Below, piece by piece: positions 63,401-64,000 of a stretch of 64,000 nt of DNA. Within the stretch, counting starts at the first letter, position 1, and each line of letters opens with the position of its first letter. The notes under the pieces are model-generated. The model was not told the origin of the DNA and ran no database searches. It saw nothing but the letters and a program-made list of their open reading frames with translations. Location of the stretch: contig JAYWIR010000013.1 in the NCBI GenBank assembly GCA_036172245.1, positions 1,922,001 through 1,986,000 on the forward strand. Direction: 5' to 3'. This DNA comes from Raillietiella orientalis (Eukaryota). Made by a program: the position numbers and the translations under genes.

Positions 63401-64000
63401 TTCAAATGGAGTTGGGGCAAAATTTTCAACATATTATTTTGTGCTCAATACACCTAAATCCACAATGGCACTCCCGAAAATCGAACAACAATAACAAAAA
63501 AATCCATGAATGGTGCGAATAGACTTAAAAAGTCTTATTGCAAGACAATTCAATCTTATTTATTAAATGCTCAGTAACACAACAACAGTAAAAGTTGCTA
63601 ATCAAAATGAAACTTTACTCAACTTTTTTGTAACTGCAGAAGTTTGCAAGATTCCACATAAAAAAAAAAGGATAAACCAGATGAAAGACTAGCTTTTGCA
63701 ATAGCAGGAAACGTTCCTTTGTACAGTCCAAGAAATCCTTCGAGCTGGACAACAGACTTGAAACAGTGAAGAATCCCAGAGTAGTACTTTAACTAAAATA
63801 GAGAGTTTCAAGTCACATTTTTGCATGATTTATTTCCTGAACTATTCTCTACATAGTTTATGAATCTACAAACATATTCATGTAATATATCATCTGTATA
63901 GAGGGGGGGGGAGGGGGGGGAAGGCTGCATCAGTTATGACTTTTCCCTAATCTTATGATATCACATAAATCCCAAGCTGTAGTACAATTCCAAAAGAAGG

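Overview
This is eukaryotic genomic DNA, almost certainly from an arthropod (inferred from the nompA orthologue); the species cannot be named from sequence alone. The genes are spliced, so most ORF-track entries are spurious GC-rich or antisense frames. Two minus-strand genes could be reconstructed by hand with consistent splice phases. The first is a 16-exon nompA-like gene (signal peptide, 5 PAN/Apple domains, ZP domain, furin site, TM helix; 54574 to about 33631). The second is a 5-exon enkurin gene (26877-20300) carrying an unusually long low-complexity insertion. There is also a decayed ABCG1/4-like transporter fragment (about 15.25-15.70 kb) and at least 7 copies of a roughly 600-700 bp tRNA-headed SINE family with internal subrepeats. 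Many highly decayed L1/Tx1-type LINE fragments, several microsatellites and some short hairpins are also present. Base composition is strongly partitioned: AT-rich ends (by eye under 35% GC) and a GC-rich core at about 33-59 kb (by eye over 60% GC) containing a sharp AT-rich island. I found no CRISPR array, rRNA or intact tRNA, and no clear new multi-gene system. Homology calls come from recalled motifs, not database searches.
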